Assembly (NCBI GenBank): GCA_964016885.1
Contig: OZ024743.1
Coordinates: 180,854,001 to 180,918,000, forward strand
From: Eledone cirrhosa
Lineage: Eukaryota
Reading direction: 5' to 3'
DNA length: 64,000 bases
The position numbers and the translations under genes are program-made. How positions within the stretch are numbered: position 1 is the first letter of the stretch; each line of letters begins with the position of its first letter. This document shows, piece after piece, positions 37,969-48,724 of the stretch. The notes under the pieces were generated by a model. The model ran no database searches and was not told where the DNA came from. It saw only the letters and a list, made by a program, of their open reading frames with translations.

Positions 37969-40393
37969 ATGCTTCAAGTGAACTATAACTTCATCCTTTC
38001 CTTACGCCTGAGCCAGGCCCAGTTCACAACTGTAAAGAAACTTTTCCAGCTATCCGAAAAGCGCGACAAAGCCGTCTGCCAAATAAACTTCCTCAAACGA
38101 TGCCTGAATAACAACATCATCCCCCAAACCATCAAAAACGTGCACCTACCAACATGCTTCAAATCACCAGGCCTCAAACGATCACTTAGCTACATACAAA
38201 AATTCTGCCTAAAAAAACTCATAAAACACCTACACCGCACGCTACAACACATACGGACTATTTCCAGCCTTGTACCACAACTCGCCGAAACCCCAGAACC
38301 TCTGCCCAGAGTTATCTCCGCCGCTATAGACAGGTCATACCACCATCGCCGAGACTATAAGAAAATTTCTCAAACTCAGCACGGCTAACCGTCTTAACAA
38401 CAACCCAACTCTAAACACCAACAGAGGCCAACAAGACGGTACCAACACCGAACCTAGCGGCACCCCCGACCAACAACACACCTGACGCAAAACACCTCGT
38501 CTCAGACTTGACAGGATCCCTCTCCCGAGAGGAATTAGACCTCCTCAGTCTGGGTCCCAAGTTCATATTGCAACAGAGACTGGACGACAAATTATGGCTC
38601 GACATAGAAACGAATTTCTGTCGGGCCGCCTACCAACTAAAATGGAAATCGACTCTCGGCAACAACACCACGGAATCTAACAAACCCAGATTCCCGATAT
38701 ACCAACTGGATCGCCCACTCTGTCCACCGCCTGCCAAACGCGAGCTTGAAGAAAAATTCTCGAGGCTAAAACATTCCGTATTTATCATCTTACGGAAACA
38801 GAAGATAGCCCCAAACCTCTCCAGGACACAACAACTCGCCCTGAAAAACCTACGGAATAGGGAACTTATATACTTACCATCCGACAAAGGTAAAGAGTTT
38901 TGTGTCATCTCTCAAGCCACATACAACAACCTAACCTTTGAACACCTAAGCGACAACGAACTATATACAGAGATCCCGAAATGACTGCAGCCCAGATCGA
39001 AAAACAGGCCAACTCCATCTGGTTCGACATCTGTAGGAGAAGACAACTCCCAAATAAAGTTAAGCTCAACTACACTACTAGAAATAGCAGACTGCCCACT
39101 TTCTATCACCTCATCAAGACCCACAAGAATAGTACTAAGACACAAATAAGACCCATCGTCTCTAGCATAGAAGGACCCCTATACAAAATCTCCTGGCTCC
39201 TCTCCCAGGTCCTCAAGCCTCTACTCTCCACCTTTCCCGGGCATGTCAGTAGCTCCGACGAAGTCAAACGTAGACTACACCAACTCCAGCCAGAACAACT
39301 TAAACTAAATAGATACGCCTTTAGCCTCGACGTTTTCTCCCTCTACACTACAGTCCCCGCTCATCCAGCTGTCGATTTATTGACTGCGTGGGCGCAGAGG
39401 ACATCCACTGCTACGGCCTCCATCCGACGAACATACACCAGCTTTTGTCCTTCACAGTGGACAACACGTACTTCACCTTCCACCACCACACATACAGACA
39501 GACAACAGGATTACCCATGGGATCCAGCCTATCGGGCTTGCTGGCCATCACCTATATGAACCAGCTAGAATGCCGAGCCCTCAACACCTGCCATACCCAT
39601 ACCTTCTTCACCCGATATGTAGATGACATACTCATCCTTACATCATCCCGTGAGGAGGCGGATAAAATATACACGACATTCTCCAGCATGGACGCCAGTA
39701 TAAAGTTCAGATCGGCCCTCCCAGCCGGCGCTAAATTCGGATACATAAGGAACGACTAACACGTATCCGGAACAAATGCAGCGACGCTAGAGACCGAGAC
39801 ACACACACCACACATTTCCTGGAAGTACTCAAACGGAACGGATACCCGACGTCCACCACGAACCGTGCTAGATAGAACAGAGGACACCACACCTGAGGCA
39901 CTAACACCTGCTTCCTGAAGCTCCCACACTTCAGTGACGAAACAACAACAGCCATCCGCAGAGCTATCAGACGAGAGGGACTAGATATCCAACTAGCCCA
40001 CTCAGGACCTTCTCTACGCGGACAGCTAACCAAAAGACACTCCACCAGACATGACAGCCGCTGCAGGCTAGCCAACTGCCCCATCAACGACACAGACCTA
40101 TGCCACCGGGCTTACGCCGTATACAGATTAGAGTGCGACAAATGCAGCAACATCTACGTAGGTAGCACCACAGACCACTTCACATAAGAATAAAAGAACA
40201 CCTCAATACTAACACTTCCTCATTTAAGAAACACCTAGTGAAATGCAAAAACACCGACAAAAACATAACAGTTAGGATAGAAACTAAGGAAAGAAACCTC
40301 AGTAATCTTAGAATTAAGGAAGCACTGATTATAGACAAAATACAACCAACAATCAATAATAAACTAGAACTCAACACCCAATGTATAACTTGA
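37969..40393 (+). pseudogene. Penelope RT + GIY-YIG endonuclease, frameshifted
   Basis: FLKRC, LSLGPKF, PSDKG, LIKTHK..IRPIVS, SLDVFSLYT, GLPMGS, RYVDD, NGYP, VYRLECDKCSNIYVGST, RIKEH and EALII..QPTIN. Confidence 0.93.
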
Positions 40394-40792
40394 TAGTGCA
40401 CCTAGCCCCATACTTACACCTCCCTCTCACACACACACGCACATACACACGCACACACACACACACACACACATGCTTACACCTCCACTTATTCTCTCTC
40501 ACATACACACATACACACATAAAGACCAGTTTTAACATGATAGAGCATCTATCCCCCACATTCACGTATAGACATATCTCCTCACACTCACACACAAACA
40601 CACACACATACTTACATCTTCACGTATTCTCCCACACACCTAAACATACATGTACAAAACCCCTTTTAAAGGGAGACTACTCTTTATCCACCTATCATGC
40701 ACTCTTTGATATTAGAGATAGAACCGAATCTCTATACCATTTCCTGTCAGCATGACTTGGCAAGCTGAACACTGGTTTAACCCCTTTACTTC

Positions 40793-40827
40793 CCTCCGAA
40801 GAAGAGATATTATCTTGAAAATTAAGG
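40793..40827 (+). ncRNA. Minimal hammerhead-like motif in the 3' pseudo-LTR
   Basis: Same motif as 37809-37843 with a G-U pair in stem II. Confidence 0.55.
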
Positions 40828-40935
40828 ATATTTAAATAAATTTAAGGTAAAAGACTAACTGTCAACAATATCTTTTGCATTTGCATTTATATTCTATATC
40901 CATACCTGCATTGTTTTGGCTTTACAAATACTAAC

Positions 40936-40981
<46 letters not shown>

Positions 40982-41126
40982 TTTGAGTATATGTTGGCTG
41001 TATACCAACACTCAGTATGCAGATTGGAGCACTCGACGAAGTGCGCAGGTTAGTTTGGTTACTCCGGAGTAATGTAAAATAAACTAAAATAAATAGTCAA
41101 ATATTTAAAATTTGGCTTCGTTTATT

Positions 41127-41181
41127 ACTGCTATATATATTTCGGTGACAGCCATTTTTGGCTGTGACCTCTTCAGGCAGT
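41127..41181 (-). ncRNA. Minimal hammerhead ribozyme, intact core
   Basis: ACTGC-CTGAAGA-GGT.ACAGCCA(aaaa)TGGCTGT.ACC-GAAA-TATATA-TA-GCAGT, then AATAAA. Confidence 0.88.
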
Positions 41182-41334
41182 CCGAATTGGTGTGGTAGAG
41201 ACGAGTACACATGTTGTTGAGGTGTTTAACTTTGTCAATACTCTGATATGCCCAGTTCCTGGTTGGGTTGTTATTACACTGAGGAACTGGAATCATATGA
41301 ATTTAAACAAACGAATTTCAGCGTCAGAGGACAT

Positions 41335-42385
41335 CCTCTCCTCCCATTGATCAGTTGTGAGAACATTCCTCAGTCAAAAGTCTATAGAAATTCGTTCTGA
41401 GGCGAGGCAATCTGTAGTGGTTGTTCTTGTTATTGTTAAGTACATCTGACCTCTACTCTTATGTTGGTAGTGGTGTTGGTGTTGGAGTCAGCTAAAAAAA
41501 ATGATAAAATGGTAGAAGGAATAATATGGCAAGAGAATAAAATAAGATAATCAAATAAAATGTGTGTGTGTTATAACCAATCTCAAAGTTAGAAAGATTT
41601 GTAAGATCCACGCCTCCCATTGGTCAGTTGTGAGAACATTCCTCAGTCAACAGTCTATAGAAACTCTTTCTGGGGTGAGGCTATCTTTAGTGTTTGTTTT
41701 TGCTATTGTTAAGTACATCTGGCATCTACCCTTATTTTGGTAGTGGTGTTGGAGCTGCGGTCAGCCTAGGTCTTGCTGTTGATGATTTTAGAAGTATCTG
41801 TGTGTGTTTGTATCCATCCTGTCACCATTTATCGTGGTGGTGGTGGGGGGGTGCTAATCATATGAAGAAATAAAAGGCAATAAAGTGAAGAAAATAGAAA
41901 ATGAAAATAAGATAATATAAGCAAATAATTAAACAAAATAATGATAAAATGGTAGAACGAATAAGATGGTAAAATAATAAAATAGGATAATCAAATAAAA
42001 TGTGTGTGCTATAACCAATCTCAAAGTTAGAAATATTTGTAAGATCCACTCCTCCCATTGGTCAGTTGTGAGAGCATTCTTCAGTCAAAAGTCTATAGAA
42101 ATTCTTTCTCGGGGTGAGGCTATCTGTAGTGGTAGTGGTGTTGGAGCTGCGGTCAGCCTAGGTCTTGCTGCTGATGATTTTAGAAGTATCTATGTGTGGT
42201 TGCATCCATCCAGCCACCATTTCTCGTGGTGGGGGGGGGGGCATGCATATGAAGAAATACAAGGCAATAAAATGAAGAAAATAGAAAATAAATGAAAAAT
42301 AAATGAAAAATAAGAAAATCAAGATTCAAATAAAATAAAGTAAAATGAAATGTGTGGGTGTTATAACAAATCTCAAAGTTATAAA
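41335..42385. repeat. Diverged tandem repeats (units of about 270-440 bp)
   Basis: CCTCCCATTG.TCAGTTGTGAGA.CATTC.TCAGTCAA.AGTCTATAGAAA recurs near 41340, 41613 and 42051. TATAAC.AATCTCAAAGTTA recurs near 41572, 42010 and 42362. Confidence 0.85.
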
Positions 42386-42598
42386 GATGTTGGCCAAATT
42401 AGAAAGGCTGTGTCAGAATCAATCTCTAGGCTATCATGGTGTTTACTCAGCCTGGATGGGTCCCTATGGCTTGAGGGGAGTTCCCAACCTATGGTGTTGT
42501 TACTGCCCATATAGCTTGAGGAAGGTCCGGCCAAGAGGTGTCTACATATTCTGGAGAAGTCCCTATAGCTTGAAGGGAATTCACATCTCAGTGTGTTG

Positions 42599-43420
42599 TT
42601 ACTGTCTATATAGCTTGGGGAAGGCCCCGGCCCTGAGGTGTCTACATGTCCCGAAGAAGTCGGTTCTGGGATTTATCAGGCGGCTTCCACCTCTTAGTAT
42701 CTTGAGGGTCTCGCTCAGACATAGTTTGCATATGCCAAATCCCCCTTTATCGCATGGTACTTTCCTGATTATGGACCAGGCCAGAGAGTACGGAGTCCTG
42801 TCCGGCTTAAGCTTCCAGATCAGGTCGGAAAGAGCCGTACTTTTCCTTTTGACCTCCTTATTGAAGGAATGGCGATGGTTATACCAACGGTCGTTAAAGC
42901 TCGTTGATGTGGCTCCTATGTAGAGGTGTTCGGAGTTGGGGGTTTTAACTCTACATCCGTATATTAGGTTCTTCCTAAGGCATTCATTACTAAGGGGGCC
43001 TGATTCGTGGTTTCTGCAGTTGCAGAGGATGGTCAACCTCTCCGTGCCTAGTGTGGGGTTCCTGTTACGTGTTACATGGTGGTCTTTCCCCCGGGCCCGG
43101 CGGGGGTCCCCGGGTATTTTTGAGTTTCTTGGATGGGCACTGGGTCCACCCTTCTCTCCTTCCACATGTTTCTGCTGGGTGCTTATATTGCCATCTTCTG
43201 GTTGTGTGTGGTTTTTAAGCCTACTCTTGTTGATGCTAGCTATGTGTTGGGCCAGATTTCTTGTGGTGGAATACGAGAGCTTCACAGTGTGTCTGTTGAA
43301 GATCTTGTGGTATCTATGGTCCCTTGGGAAGCATTTATCAAGTGTTCCAAAGAATCATCGGGCCAAGCTGTTCTTTAGGGCCGCTGAGTAGGGTGGGTTA
43401 TACCACGTGATTTTTTCTGC
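42599..43420 (-). pseudogene. Penelope-like (Naiad-type) linker + GIY-YIG endonuclease fragment
   Basis: ITWYNPPYS, KIFNRHTVKLSYS, CNCR..PL..CL, IYGCRV..YIGAT..FNDRWYNH..SF, STALS, CKLCLSE and TCRH. Confidence 0.88.
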
Positions 43421-43500
43421 GTCTACTCCTATATGGGTGGTTTGAGGGCGTCGTTAGTTGTTGGAGAGTTGTTGGGTTGCTGGTGGTTCCTGCATTGTTG

Positions 43501-44614
43501 CTTCCCTTCCTGGCTGACAGAGAGATGCGTAGATCTCAAAGTCGTCGAAGATGGGTATTAGTTGCTGCCTGTTGTGGATCCTGGACTCGGTGATAGCTAT
43601 CACATCCATACCGTGTGACCTGAGGTCGTTTAAAAGTTGGCCCTGTTTCCAGGGCATCTCTAGGCCACGCACATTCACGCTTCCAGCTCGTAAACTAGCC
43701 ATGTTGGTGAAGAAGAGTTGGAGAAAAGGGACGAAAGGTGCACTTACCTTTTCGTTTCCTTGAGATCGGGTTGTTCAATCTCCATTTGGGTGCTGGATGG
43801 GGTGTTGGGTTGGGTGGGGAAACATTTTAACAGGACGCAGTTGATGGGTTTCTGGCAGGGGTTGCCCACGTCCTGTGAAAATTTATTTTTCAGGTCAATA
43901 TAGGTTTCCATAGAAACCTTTATAAGTTTAAGGTGTGGAGACGATTCTGCCTTGACGAAAGTTTTGCCCTCCGTCTCCACCTTAGGGTTTTGGGAGATGG
44001 CCTCCATCAAACTCTTGTTGTTTGTGTTGATGCATGTGTATTGTTGCTTGTGTTTTTGTTGTTGTTTTAGTTTGTTGTTCGTCCGGGAGTTTTCTTTTTA
44101 TGGTGGGTGCTTGTGTTTGGTGTGGTGTTGGTGTTGGTTTTGCTGGTAGGGGTATGTTTGACTGTGGTGTTGTTTGTGTTGTTGTTTGTGTCTGTGGTTG
44201 TGTGTTGGTGTTGGTAATTGGAGTTTTGGGGGTTTTGTGGTGTCTCTTTTTTTTTTCTTTTTTTTTTCGATTTCCGCAGCTCTCCCTCTTCTTCACTTAA
44301 AGAAGGAGAAGCAGCTTCATCCGTCGATGAATAATCATCGTCAGGAGTGTGGGGTAGGGGTATGTTGTGTGGTGGTGGTGTTTCGGTGTGTGTGTTTGTG
44401 GTAGTGTTTGATGGAGTGGGATGGTGTGGGGCTGTGTTCTTCAGGGGTGTTGTCTCTGTTTTTTCTGTTGTTGTTGGTTGAGTGGCTGTTTGTTTTGGTG
44501 TGGTTGCTCGTTTCGACTGTCGTTGTACTTGTGGTGGTTGTTTTGGTGTTGGTGTTGGTAATAGTGATTTTAATGATGTTGTTGTGGTGTGTTTGTGAAG
44601 GACAAGAGGCTTTT
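43501..44614 (-). mobile_element. Tx1 fragment (copy C): ORF1 C-terminal half + ORF2 start
   Basis: KASCP, poly-K, then MEIEQPDLKETKR* followed by MASLRAGSVNVRGL..WKQGQLLNDLRS..DVIAITE, homologous to copy A. Confidence 0.88.
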
Positions 44615-44639
44615 AGATAGATAGATAGATAGATAGATA
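44615..44639. repeat. (GATA)n between two Tx1 fragments
   Basis: Direct reading. Confidence 0.95.
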
Positions 44640-47075
44640 AATTTCTTTATTAGCCACAAATACAAATGGGGAGTTTACATACAGGTATATGAAAATAAAA
44701 CTATTAATACAATAACAAACAATTGAAATCCCCAATAGGGGGGAGGTATTACACAAGGGTTGTAGACACCCCGAAAAAATGTACAACCCTCATCTCCAGG
44801 AGCACCATGAGTGAGTACTCCCTTCCTCTCTTCCTCTTTTTCCTCAACCTACAGGCTTATATAGAGAGAAGGCCCAACCACTCGGGCCATCTTTGCCACA
44901 TTCACCCACCTATATAAAATTTGCTGGGGTACAGCACCTCTCTCTCCGGATTCTTCTTCCAAAATGATATTTGAAAAAACGAATCAGTTGCTCGCCAGAG
45001 AGAAAGGTGTCTGACCTCAGCCCTTTTAACCTCGTTCACCATATAACCTCTTTCACCATAGCCATAACACATAGGAAAACTGCCTCTCCCTCGTTTTTGA
45101 AGGAGGGTGGCGGTTTGATCATGACAATGGACTCAGTGGTCAACTGGATTGGTCCCACCCGCGACAATAGTCGTTCTACATAGCCCCACAGGTCGGTAAC
45201 GCCCGGGCAGTGTACAAATGCGTGTGCGACGTTTTCCTCTTCGCGTACGCATCTTGGACAGATCTTTTTCGAAGGGTCCCTACCCGGGCGCCCGTGTCTG
45301 TAGAGCTTGTCTCGAACTGGTAGAGCTCCTCGGTAGCACTGCCAGGCTAGGGACTTTTGGAGGTTGTCCATTGGTCCCGGGCGGAAGGTCCTACCGAATA
45401 GACTGGCCGGTTCGTCCTATTCTACGCCTAGAGTTTCTCCGAGCGTGTCGTCGCACTTGCTGCGGACCAACCCTCTATAGAATGTCGAAGTGGAGTCACC
45501 ACTGATCGCCGGGTCCGTTTGCCAGAGGACTGTGAGCGACTGAGCACATTCGATGTGCCAGTCGCCCATTTTCCTCGGTCTTTTCTTGACCAAGGACTGC
45601 AGCTCGGTCAGCGAGACGAGTCGTGGGAAGGCTCGCTTCACGAACGGGCCCCACACCGGTTGTCTGGTGAGGAATACGTGGAGGTGCCGCAGCCTGAGCG
45701 CGTGTTTGCACATCGTCAGCCACGGCAACCCCTGCCCTCCGTTAGAAGGGTGTTGGCAGCAGATGGATCTTCTGACCAAAGGAGCCCGTTTCTTCCAAAG
45801 GAATTGGAAGAGCGGGCGCTCCATTTTGGTGAGCGTTTTGGCTGGACAAAGCACAACGGTCAAGCGGTAGTAGATGGCGGACGCTATAAAAGTGTTCGCC
45901 ACCTCCGCTCGACCTTTCAAGGATAGTTTGCACTCGGCCCACTTCTGGGTGAGCGCAAACACCTTGGTCGTCACCTCATTCCAGTACTTCTCCGCCTGGA
46001 GGTCAGGACAAAACCAGACCCCGAGCAGCTTTATATATGGTGTCTGTTAAAGTTTTATTGTTAGTATTTATGTAGGTGTACCAATTTTGTTGTGTTGGGT
46101 TGCTTTTTGTCTGTGGTTCTTGTGTGTGTTTACGTTTTGTAGTAGGTGTTTTGTTTTCAGGAGGGGGTGTTTTTGTTTGTGCTGTTTGCGTCGCTTGTGT
46201 TGGTGTTTGTGTGTTTGTTGCATTTTTGTTTGTGTTATGTCTTTTCTTTTTTCTTTTTACTGGTCACTGGGTGACGATGATGAGGCCTCATCCGTGTTGT
46301 TGGGGAGGGGTACATTTTGGGGAACTGTTATGTGTGTGGGTGTTTCTAGAGTTGTTTTAGGTGAGGAGGGGTTGAATGGGACAGTGTTTGTCGCTTATTT
46401 TGTTGTCACTATTTGTTTATGTTGTTGTTGTTGTTGTGGTGGTGGTGGTGGTGGTGATTGTGGTGCTGGTGTTGAAGGTGTTGGCAGTAATGCCTTTTTT
46501 GGCTAGTTAGCCGAGGACAGGAAGCTCTCAGGTGACCCCTGATTAGGCAGTGGTAACATGAGGGCCGCCTACCCTCAACCGAAATGTTTATGTATATAAG
46601 TCTATCCAGCAGCACACGTTCCGGGATCCTAGCTATTCGTTCTGGTGTCATTTGGACCAGAATTTCCAGGCTAGTTCCGCTGAACAGGTCGCTGGAGGAC
46701 TTACCTACCGATATTATCAAAATAAAGTACCAGTAATGCACTGGATAATTGCTGGCCTTGTGCCTAAAGTAGAAACAATTATCGTGTCTTTTTCTAGGTT
46801 TAAAAATCCACATAGTACCCACCAAATATCAATATTTGGTGTGATACTTTGGATTTTTATTTTCTGTGTTCTTTTCCCCATGTAAGTGGGGAAAAGGGTG
46901 AACAACGGTGACACAATTGGCGACACAGAGTGTTTCTGTGCCGTCAGTTGGTCTTTCATCAGAATGGATAAACTCCCGTAGAGTCTACCCTTCTAAATGA
47001 AAGCAATGTCTTTTAAGGTATCTTCTAAAACCAACTCAATTTCGCCTTGTGAAAGTTGAGTCGGTTTTCGTGTTT

Positions 47076-47076
<1 letters not shown>
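44640..47076 (-). mobile_element. Tx1 element (copy B), 5'-truncated and internally deleted
   Basis: ORF1 core with knuckle CYHCLIRGHLRASC joined at about 46033 to the ORF2 C-terminus (KLLGVWF, LSLKGRAEV, CPRC..HAFVHC). The 3' end is GTGGCTAATAAAGAAAT. Confidence 0.9.
46719..46777 (+). mobile_element. 5'-truncated SINE tail inserted in Tx1 ORF1, with ATTATC target duplication
   Basis: Matches the reverse complement of about 5508-5567. ATTATC occurs at 46713-46718 and 46778-46783. Confidence 0.88.

Positions 47077-47158
<82 letters not shown>
47077..47158. repeat. (GATA)n
   Basis: Direct reading. Confidence 0.97.
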
Positions 47159-47765
47159 GGTGCCTACTATATCATATTCAAGAAGCCCTGAAAACAAACT
47201 ATATTTCAAAATAATTTATGAGATATTTATAGTACAATACACACTTCACAGATTTTCAATATTTGGATAGAGGAAAATTTCATTCATAAATACTTCTCAT
47301 AAATCATCGAGTCCCCTCGTGTTGCAATTGTCATCATGTATAGTATATTTGTCGAATAAGAGCAACATGTCCACTGTAACGTATCTTTTGTCACAGCTTT
47401 ACACATTCTAAGAATCTAAGCAATCACTTCAAACTTAAAAAATATAGTAGGATTTCATGTTTAAAATGAACAGCTAAATAAACAGAAAGTGTCGTAATTA
47501 TATTCATGGTTTATAGAAACATAAATTAAAGATATGTGGATTCGGCATTTAGAACGTTAGGCTCAGCTAAGGTCGTCAGTTCGATTCTTGTTGCAAGAAT
47601 AAAGCATCTTATCGCATGTTGCTCCATTCTACTTATCCTTAAGAAATACAAGTTTTATGAAAGGTGGGAAGAGTGTGAGAGACTGGCAGTTACTTTATTA
47701 CTGAAGTATTTAGTTGAGTTCAATTATTTCACTAGATTTTGTGTAAACATTATCAAATATCTAAC

Positions 47766-48190
47766 TTCTTTTTTTTTTCTTCTTTTTCTTCTTCCCCTTC
47801 TTCTTCTTCTTCCTCCACTTATTCCTGAGAGTGTCGTGTGTGTGTGGAGGGGGTGGCAGAGTCCTCAAACAGTCCTTCCAGCAGGTCCTGTTAGAAGCAA
47901 CCGTCTCCAATTGATTCGGCTGTATCCCCAAGTGAGACCAGCTAAGCTCATGGATGTTATCCAGCCATCTTGCTCAGGATCTACCCCTGGGTCTCATGCC
48001 AGTTGGTTTTGTCCGTAAAATCTGTCCAATGATTAATTCCTGAGACATTCTACCCACATGCCCATAGTAGTGGAGCTGTGATCTCTCAATTTGGAAAAGT
48101 AGCGATTCTACCTGGAGTGGTTCTCTGATCACCTCCAAGCTAGGCGCTCTATCGAGTAAATTTACTCCAAAGACCATTGGGAGGAACCCC
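47766..48190 (-). mobile_element. RTE-clade LINE 3' fragment
   Basis: IERSQLHYYGHVGRM..RPRGRS..WLDNI, with a degenerate (GAA)n tail. Confidence 0.85.
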
Positions 48191-48244
48191 GTGAGGCTTT
48201 ATCTAACTTTTAAAGCTAATTTTTCTAAATGTTTATTTAATTCA

Positions 48245-48420
48245 AAGGGCCAGTTTACCATTGTGTTCACGTTGAATCTTCATTAGAACTACGTCAAGAG
48301 AGTTCATGTCTATAGAATCCTCAGGTACGTGTATGTTCATTTCATGAGCAGGCTTTTCTATTGATCAAAAAATAAAGATGGAACTATAACCGTCGGAACC
48401 GACGGAGTACCAACAACAAC
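48245..48420 (+). repeat. Interspersed repeat with a related inverted copy at about 35605-35735
   Basis: Shared motifs AGAA.TACGT, ATGAGCAGGCT.TTC.ATTGAT, TGGAAC and GTCG.AACCGAC.GAG. Confidence 0.5.
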
Positions 48421-48724
48421 GGAAACATCAAAGTACAGAACTGATAGGAATATAAATCAAAGATTCTTTGAAGAAAGTACTCATTATACGTGGTGATTGT
48501 TGTTGTTTTTGTTATAGTTGTTGTTTAAGCTTAAGTCCACTCTAATCGAGTAGACATATGAATGGTATGTTATTTATAGGATGGTGGGATGTAATTTATA
48601 TAATAGAGGTATACATCACCTTGTGTCGTTAATTGGTCCCAGAAGTCAAGGCATAGGACGGAAAATTACTAATGTTGATTTATCCACTCCTCCTCCTATA
48701 AAAATGAGCCATTCCACACTGCTG

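Larger units (their letters stand above)
37773..40940 (+). mobile_element. Penelope-like retroelement with pseudo-LTRs
   Basis: Direct repeats at about 37788-37954 and 40772-40941 flank an RT + GIY-YIG ORF. The element ends in (TA)n. Confidence 0.93.
40980..43500 (-). mobile_element. Second Penelope-like family (Naiad-like), 3' portion
   Basis: GIY-YIG coding remnant, repetitive 3' region, terminal hammerhead plus AATAAA, and a (TA)n flank. Confidence 0.8.

Noticed and set aside
37788-40941. LTR retrotransposon, suggested by the direct terminal repeats
   Set aside because: There are no TG..CA ends, PBS, gag or integrase. RT + GIY-YIG identifies Penelope pseudo-LTRs.
43355-43357. In-frame TGA in the Naiad-like ORF as selenocysteine
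   Set aside because: Some Naiad elements are reported to use UGA at Cys positions, but this TGA follows CGA at a position that is not part of a Cys motif. It is best explained as CpG decay of CGA.
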